The translations under genes were made by a program, and so were the position numbers. From Candidatus Eiseniibacteriota bacterium (GTDB lineage: Bacteria; Eisenbacteria; RBG-16-71-46; CAIMUX01; VGJL01), in contig CAWBWI010000001.1 of the NCBI GenBank assembly GCA_963792585.1, positions 576,001-640,000 of the forward strand: 64,000 nt of DNA, written 5' to 3'. A model generated the notes under the pieces. The model ran no database searches and was not told the DNA's origin. It saw nothing but the letters and a program-made list of their open reading frames with translations. Below, one piece after another: positions 57,781-64,000 of this stretch (positions are counted from its first letter, which is position 1; each line of letters opens with the position of its first letter).

Positions 57781-58889
57781 ATGCTCACCTTGCACCAGCT
57801 GTTGGAAGAGATGATCGAGAAGAACGCTTCCGATCTGCACCTCACGGCGAATGTCCCCCCGCAGCTGCGTGTGGACGGCGAGATCGTCCCGACCGGGTAC
57901 GACCCGCTCTCGCCGGAGCAGTGCGAGACGCTGATCTACAGCGTCCTTCGGGACGATCAGAGGAAGCGCTTCGAGATGAGCAAGGAGCTCGACCTCTCCT
58001 TCGGCGTGCAGGGACTCTCGCGCTTCCGCGTGAACGTCTTCTCTGCAACGCGGGGTGACGAGCGCCGCGATCCGGAAGATCCCCTATCGAGATTCCCGAT
58101 TTCGATGAACTCGGCCTGCCTGCCGTCACGCGCGTCCTTCGCCGAGCTGCCGAATGGCCTGGTTCTGGTGACGGGGCCGACCGGTAGCGGCAAGTCGACG
58201 ACCCTCGCCGCGCTGATCGACAGGATCAACGCCAATCGGGCGGGGCACATCATCACGATCGAGGATCCAATCGAGTACCTCCACCCGCACAAGCGCTGCA
58301 TCGTCAACCAGCGGGAGGTCAACTCGGATACGAAGACCTTCGCGGAAGCCCTGAAATACGTGCTGCGACAGGACCCGGACGTGATCCTGATCGGAGAAAT
58401 GCGCGATCTGGAGACGATCGCGGCGGCCCTGACGATCGCCGAGACGGGCCACCTCGTCTTCGCGACATTGCACACGAACTCGACGTTCGAATCGATCAAC
58501 CGCATCGTCGACGTCTTCCCGTCCAATCAGCAGCGGCAGGTGCTCTCGCAGCTCGCCTTCGTGCTCAAGGGCGTCATCACCCAGCAGTTGATCCAGAGGG
58601 CGCGCGGCGGCGGCCGGGTCAACGTGAGCGAGGTTCTCGTCTGCACCCCGGCCGTCTCGGCGGTCGATCCGCGAGGGGAAGATCGCACCAGATCTACACG
58701 CTGATGCAGGCCGGACAGAAGTTCGGTATGCAGACGATGAACCAGGCGCTCTTCGCCGCCTACATCCAGAGGAAGATCACGCTTGAAAGCGCGATCGGTC
58801 ACAGCTCGAACCTGCTGGAACTCGAGCAGATGATCCAGAAGTCGGATCCGAGCTACCGACCGCAGAGCGTCAGCCTGACATCGCGCTAG
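57781..58889 (+). CDS. pilT: Type IV pilus retraction ATPase (frameshifts)
   Basis: ASDLHL; GPTGSGKSTT; TIEDPIE; LRQDPD; AETGHLV; GMQTMNQ. Confidence 0.93.
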
Positions 58890-58901
58890 GGGGGGTGAGA
58901 C

Positions 58902-60133
58902 GTGCCAGTCTTCGCATACAAGGGTAAGACGACGTCCGGAGAGATCCAGACCGGGGAGATGACGTTCGTCAACGCGGGACGAGGCGGTCAGCTACCTGCG
59001 CAGAAAGCGGATCATCACGACCTACATCCGCGAGAAACCGAAGCCGGTTGCACTTCTCGCTCAAGCTGGGCCGTGCCGGGTGAAGACGAAGGAAGTCGTC
59101 ATCTTCACGCGTCAGTTCTCCACGATGGTGAACGCCGGTCTTCCGCTCGTGCAGTGCCTCGACATCCTCTCGAAGCAGATCCGAGGGAGCGCACGTTCCG
59201 GGCCGTCATCACCGACGTCATGCACGACGTCGAGTCGGGCTCGACGCTGGCCGAGGCCCTGGGCCGGCATCCGGCGGTGTTCGATTCGCTCTTCGTGCAA
59301 CATGGTCGACGCGGGTGAGGCGGGTGGTATCCTCGACGACATCCTCGTGCGGCTCGCGACCTACATGGAGAAGGCGGAAGCCCTGCGCCGGAAGGTCAAG
59401 AGCGCGATGACCTACCCGACCGTCGTTCTGACCGTCGCCGTGGGCTGCGACCGTCTTCATGCTGCTCTTCATCATTCCGACCTTTGCGCGGATCTTCACG
59501 GACTTCGGCGGCGAGCTTCCGCTGCCGACGCGGATCGTCATGATCATGTCGAACTTCCTGAAGGGCTACTGGTGGGCGCTCGGCGGCGCCGTCCTGGGCG
59601 TGATCACCGCGATCAAACGCTACTACAAGACCTCGTCGGGCCGGATGCGGATCGACCGGTTCCTCCTGAAGATGCCGATCCTCGGCGAGGTTCTTCGGAA
59701 GGCCTCGCATCGCGCGGTTCACACGCACGCTCGGGAACGATGATCTGCTCGGGCGTGCCGATCCTCACGGCACTGGACATCACGGCCCGAACCGCCGGCA
59801 ACAAGGTGATCGAAGCCGCGATCATCGCCACGAAGGGATCCATCGGCGAGGGCGAGACGATCGCCGCGCCCTTGAAGGAATCGCCGCGTATTCCCGCCGA
59901 TGGTGGTCCAGATGATCGCGGTCGGCGAGGAAACGGGCGCGCTCGACAAGATGCTCGACAAGATCGCGGCCTTCTACGACGACGAGGTCAACGTCGCGGT
60001 CGATACGCTCACATCGGTGATCGAGCCGATCATGATCGTCGTGATGGGACTCCTGGTCGGCGGCATGGTCGTCGCCATGTACCTGCCGATGTTCAAGTTG
60101 ATCAACGTCGTCGCATCGAGCGGGGGACACTAG
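58902..60133 (+). CDS. pilC: Type IV pilus platform protein (GspF family; frameshifts)
   Basis: FTRQFSTMVNAGLPL; AGEAGG; SAMTYP; VGEETGALD; IEP..AMYLPMF. Confidence 0.92.
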
Positions 60134-60138
60134 CGCCG

Positions 60139-61701
60139 ATGCGTTCGTCGTTGGGCCGCTATCTGGCCGTCCGGGTGTTGATCGGGGGAGTGGTGACGAT
60201 CCTGCTCACCCTCCCCGCGACCCGGGCTCCGGATGCCTTGCCCCCTGCCCTCCTCGGCCTCGTCGCGGCGAGCACCCTGCTCGCCGCCGGCGCCATCCGC
60301 CTCATGCCGACGCGCGATCGCTGCGTGATCTTCGTTCTCACCGCGTTCGATCTGGTGACCGAGACCGTCCTCGTGGGTGCCACCGGTGTGGCGCGGTCCC
60401 CGTTCGTGCTGCTCTTCAGCCTGACGATCGCCATGGCGGGATTGTCGTTCGGTCTGACGGCCGGGGTCGGCTTTGCCGCCGCCGCGGCGCTGGGCTACGT
60501 CACGGGAATCATGCGAACGGGGGCGCCGTTCGACGCGGCGGTGGCTTTGGCGATCCTGTGCCTGCTCCTTCTGGGGCTCCTCGCGGGGTTGCTCGGTCGT
60601 CGCATTGCCGCGGAGCGGCGCGAAGTCACGCGTGTCCGGGAAGAACTGGAGCAAGCGCAGCTCGATGCCGAGTCGATCGTCGCGAGTCTGACGAGCCCGC
60701 TCCTGTGCCTCGACCGAAACGGAAAGATCCGCCGGGCGAATCGTTCGGCGACCGAGCTTCTAGCTCTCACGGATCGTCCCGAGGGGATGCCGCTCGAGCA
60801 GGGGGGTGATGCGGATCGGCTGCGGCCGCTGTGCGATCTCGTCCGGGAGACGCTGGTCGCCGGCGAGATGAGCGCCGCGGAGTTGCTGCTGCCCGGATCC
60901 TCACCGACCCCCATCGAGGTCCACGCGTCGCCGGTTCACGATCGCGATGGGGGACTCCAGGGGCTCGTGCTGCTGATCAACGATCTGACCCGGCGCAAGC
61001 TCGCCGAGGCGGAGCATGCCCGGACGGAGCGACTTGCCGTGGTCGGCGAGCTATCGGGCCATCTCGCTCATGAGATCCGCAACTCCCTCAAGCCGGTTGT
61101 CGGGTCGATCGAACTCCTGCAGGGGGAGATTGCCCACGGTGGGGTGCCGGGCGAGCTGATGGCGATCATCATGCGCGAGTCGGAGTCGCTCGAGACCTTC
61201 CTGACCGACTTCCTGACGTTCGCGCGGGACAAAACTCTAACGTTCTCGGAGTTCGATCTCGATGAACTGATCAAGGAAGAGGTCGCCGCCTTGTCGCGCC
61301 ATCCGGCGCGCGCGAAACTGGTGCGCATTCTTGCGCAGCAAGGACCCGAGCCGGGGATCGTGCGCAGCGACCGAGGCGCCGTGCGTGAGATCCTGCGCAA
61401 CCTCGTCCTGAATGCTCTGGAGGCGACGAGCGAAGGTACGGTCGTGATTTCGTGGAGGCCGGACGGCGAAAGAATGGAGCTGCTCGTGGAGGACTCCGGC
61501 GTCGGGTTGCCCGATGGGCCACCGGAGAACCTCTTCGAGCCGTTCTGCACGCACAAAGCCGGAGGCACCGGACTGGGGTTGTCGATAGCGCGCAAGCTCG
61601 CGCGCCGCCTCGGCGGCGAGGTGAGCCTGGAGCGACAAACTTCCGGCGCCCGTGCCCGGTTCGTCATGAGCGCGAGTCGTGTCCTCGAGCGGGCGGCCTG
61701 A
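60139..61701 (+). CDS. pilS: Membrane PAS sensor histidine kinase
   Basis: Multiple TMs; PAS; LAHEIRN; NLVLNALEA; DSGVG; GTGLGL; lies between pilC and pilR. Confidence 0.8.
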   Translation: MRSSLGRYLAVRVLIGGVVTILLTLPATRAPDALPPALLGLVAASTLLAAGAIRLMPTRDRCVIFVLTAFDLVTETVLVGATGVARSPFVLLFSLTIAMAGLSFGLTAGVGFAAAAALGYVTGIMRTGAPFDAAVALAILCLLLLGLLAGLLGRRIAAERREVTRVREELEQAQLDAESIVASLTSPLLCLDRNGKIRRANRSATELLALTDRPEGMPLEQGGDADRLRPLCDLVRETLVAGEMSAAELLLPGSSPTPIEVHASPVHDRDGGLQGLVLLINDLTRRKLAEAEHARTERLAVVGELSGHLAHEIRNSLKPVVGSIELLQGEIAHGGVPGELMAIIMRESESLETFLTDFLTFARDKTLTFSEFDLDELIKEEVAALSRHPARAKLVRILAQQGPEPGIVRSDRGAVREILRNLVLNALEATSEGTVVISWRPDGERMELLVEDSGVGLPDGPPENLFEPFCTHKAGGTGLGLSIARKLARRLGGEVSLERQTSGARARFVMSASRVLERAA

Positions 61702-61726
61702 TTCGGGCGATCCGTAAGGAGGAGTC

Positions 61727-63148
61727 GTGGAAAACACACCCTGCATTCTGATCATCGACGACGAAGAGAGCATGCGTCGCTTCCTCACGGTTCTCCTCGA
61801 GAAGGAGGGGTACCGCGTGATCTCCTCCAGCACCGGACGCGCCGCTCTTCAGGTCCTGGAGGAAGATCCCGTCGATGCCGTCATCACCGACCTGAAGATG
61901 CCCGACATGGACGGTATCCAGGTCCTCGAGGCGATCAAGGGACGCTGGCCCCGAAATTCCCGTCGTGATCCTCACCGCCTACGCGTCCGTCTCCTCCGCG
62001 ATCGACGCCGTGAACAAGGGGGCGTTTCAGTACATCGAGAAGAAGGCGAAGAACGACGAGATCGCGCTGGTCGTCAAGAACGCCCTCTCGATGGGGCGAC
62101 TTCAGTCGGAGAATCAGGTGCTGAAGCGCCAGCTCCGGCAATCGCATTCCGAGCGCAAGATCATCGGGAAGTCCGAGGAGATGATGAAGGTCTTCAAGAT
62201 GATCGAGAAGGTCGCAGACACGGAGGCGACCATGCTCGTCCACGGCGAGACCGGAACAGGCAAGGAGCTGATCGCAAGGGAAATCCACTACCTTCGCGGC
62301 GGTCCCAGGGACCGTTCGTGTCGATCAACTGCGGCGCGCTTCCAAAGGATCTCCTTGAGTCGAATCTCTTCGGGCACGTTCGGGGCTCCTTCACGGGGGC
62401 GGTGAGGGACCAGCCCGGTCTGTTCACCGTCAGCGAGGGCGGGACCTTCTTCCTGGATGAGGTGGGCGACATGGCCCCCGCGACCCAGGTGAAGCTGCTC
62501 CGCGCATTGCAGGAAAGGGAGATCATCCCGGTCGGCGGAACGAAGCCGATCAAGATCAACGTTCGTCTCATCGCCGCCACCAATGCGGACCTGGAGCGCG
62601 AGGTCAGCGAAGGGCGCTTCCGGACGGACCTCTTCTACCGCCTGAACGTGATCCCGCTGCGCCTGCCGCCCCTCCGTCAGAGGGTCGATGACATCCCGCT
62701 CCTGGCGGAGCACTTCCTGAAGCGGTTCTGTCCCGAAGGCAAGCCGAAGGCGATCGCGACGGAAGCGATCGAAACCCTCATGCGCTACGACTGGCCGGGA
62801 AACGTGAGCGAACTCGAAAACGTGATCGAGCGCGCGGTGATCCTCAACGAGTCGGGAGAGATCCGGATTCAAGATCTCCCCGAGAAAGTGGTGCGGGGAC
62901 CGTCGCGCCGGGGGAGCCTGATCATCGATACCCCGGGGATGACCCTGGAGGAGCTCGAACGCGAGTACATCTTGAAGGTTCTCCACCACACGGGGTGGCA
63001 GAAGAAGAGGGCGAGCGACATCCTGGGAATCAACCCCTCGACCCTCTACCGGAAGCTGATCTCCTACGGAATCAACGAGAAGGATGGACGTGCGCCGCTG
63101 CCTCCGGGAGAGGGCGGGTACGGCGAGGAGACGGCGGAGGCGGCGTGA
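61727..63148 (+). CDS. pilR: Sigma54-dependent response regulator (NtrC family; frameshifts)
   Basis: REC (DDEE, TDLKMP); GETGTGKE; GSFTGA; WPGNV; Fis-type HTH. Confidence 0.85.
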   Translation: MENTPCILIIDDEESMRRFLTVLLEKEGYRVISSSTGRAALQVLEEDPVDAVITDLKMPDMDGIQVLEAIKGRWPRNSRRDPHRLRVRLLRDRRREQGGVSVHREEGEERRDRAGRQERPLDGATSVGESGAEAPAPAIAFRAQDHREVRGDDEGLQDDREGRRHGGDHARPRRDRNRQGADRKGNPLPSRRSQGPFVSINCGALPKDLLESNLFGHVRGSFTGAVRDQPGLFTVSEGGTFFLDEVGDMAPATQVKLLRALQEREIIPVGGTKPIKINVRLIAATNADLEREVSEGRFRTDLFYRLNVIPLRLPPLRQRVDDIPLLAEHFLKRFCPEGKPKAIATEAIETLMRYDWPGNVSELENVIERAVILNESGEIRIQDLPEKVVRGPSRRGSLIIDTPGMTLEELEREYILKVLHHTGWQKKRASDILGINPSTLYRKLISYGINEKDGRAPLPPGEGGYGEETAEAA

Positions 63149-63269
63149 TGCGTTTTGCACGCCTGTTCGCAGAAGCCCTGAAGTGCATGCGCAATGCAAG
63201 AGGGCTGCGTGCAGGAGGCGGCGCGCAGTGCCTGGCGCGTCCGATCGCGTCGACGGGTTTGTTGGGGGA

Positions 63270-63311
63270 CACGGGGTTACGCGTGCCGGTGAGCTTGGCA
63301 CGCCCCATGCT
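63270..63311 (+). promoter_or_regulatory. Sigma54 promoter of pilA with IHF-like site
   Basis: TGGCACG-CCCC-ATGC at 63296-63310; CACGGGGTTAC at 63270-63280. Confidence 0.8.
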
Positions 63312-63432
63312 TGAGGTGTCTGTGCAAGCGGCGATGCTGCCGGACGGTTTGAGGACCGGCATCCGCCGGTCCGGTCCCGGCCCCGGTCGGGGCGAAGGGT
63401 GCGAGACAAGCGACGACGATGGAGGTGTCATC

Positions 63433-63822
63433 ATGTTCCGGAACAAGCAGGGCTTCACCCTGATCGAGCTCATGATCGTGGTCGTGATCATCGGTATCTT
63501 GGCCGCGATCGCCATTCCCAACTACGTCAGCATGCAGGACCGCGCCCGTGAGGGTTCGGTGAAGGCCAACGCCCATGCCTGCCAGCTGTACGCGGAAGAT
63601 GAGGCCGTGAAGGCCAACGGGACGTACCCGGACGCCGCGGCGGCCGTCCTGAACGCCGACTACACGAACCCGTTCGGCGGTGACGCGTACGCCGACGGAG
63701 CGGCCGGCGCCGGCGCGGGCGTCTGCTACTACGACGTCAGCGACGACAACACGAGCTACGTGATCACGGCCAACGGCAAGGCGGGTACTTCGATCCTCGT
63801 TCTGAGCAACACGGTCAACTAA
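63433..63822 (+). CDS. pilA: Type IVa major pilin
   Basis: GGAGG SD; class III signal KQG|FTLIELMIVVVIIGILAAIAIP; two Cys. Confidence 0.93.
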   Translation: MFRNKQGFTLIELMIVVVIIGILAAIAIPNYVSMQDRAREGSVKANAHACQLYAEDEAVKANGTYPDAAAAVLNADYTNPFGGDAYADGAAGAGAGVCYYDVSDDNTSYVITANGKAGTSILVLSNTVN

Positions 63823-63845
63823 GCGTCGCGACGCGGCGATGCGCC

Positions 63846-63880
63846 GAGGGCGCGGACCCTTTCGGGGGCCCGCGCCCTTC
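63846..63880 (+). terminator. Hairpin after pilA
   Basis: GAGGGCGCGGACCCT-TTCG-GGGGCCCGCGCCCTT. Confidence 0.65.
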
Positions 63881-63952
63881 TGCAATTGGATCGAACCGGG
63901 CCCTTCGCGGCCGGCTCAAGGACGGATGCAGCCGGGCCGATCTGGAAGGAAG

Positions 63953-64000
63953 ATGGAAGACGCGATTCGCCTGGAGGAGATCCGGAAGACCTATTGCCCG
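63953..64000 (+). CDS. Probable ABC ATPase N-terminus (3' partial)
   Basis: MEDAIRLEEIRKTY after a GAAGGA SD; only 16 codons visible. Confidence 0.4.
   Translation, partial: MEDAIRLEEIRKTYCP

Noticed and set aside
59080..61701. 873-aa PilC-histidine kinase fusion ORF
   Set aside because: Artefact of pilC frameshifts; pilC ends at 60133 and pilS starts at 60139.
63433..63822. Conductive (e-pilin) type pilin
   Set aside because: Mature pilin is about 122 aa and lacks aromatics at Geobacter-equivalent positions 27, 32 and 51.

Overview
High-GC, gene-dense bacterial chromosomal segment. A Gram-negative lineage near the FCB group, such as Ca. Eisenbacteria or Krumholzibacteriota, is inferred from gene content only. 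Many conserved genes are split by single-base indels clustered at about 0-8, 12-20 and 58-62 kb; these look like uncorrected long-read errors, so genes are reported as reassembled spans. In order, the window holds: a TolC/MacA/ATPase/two-permease exporter; uvrA; two tandem secreted dockerin-like paralogs; a secreted protein ending TWGRVKQLYR and a putative regulator; gcvT-H-PA-PB coupled to an orphan GlmL-like ATPase module; a cold-shock gene; a ~1390-aa Ig-repeat lipoprotein; a T9SS-like cluster (PorV, M6 protease with CTD, two paralogous membrane proteins, beta-propeller, half-size SprA-like barrel, Omp85, SurA/PpiC-like foldase); ligA; GT2-DUF2304-DinG; hutU-hutI; a TPR protein, an outer-membrane barrel and comEA; and a type IVa pilus locus (pilB, then an ECF/anti-sigma/DUF2723-like/DegT insert, then pilT-pilC-pilS-pilR-pilA). 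The best candidates for undescribed biology are the PorV/mini-SprA/Omp85 cluster with a possible short TWGxxK C-terminal sorting signal, and the four-gene GlmL-like module with no mutase. No rRNA, tRNA, CRISPR array or mobile element was recognised. Family assignments come from motif recognition, not database searches.
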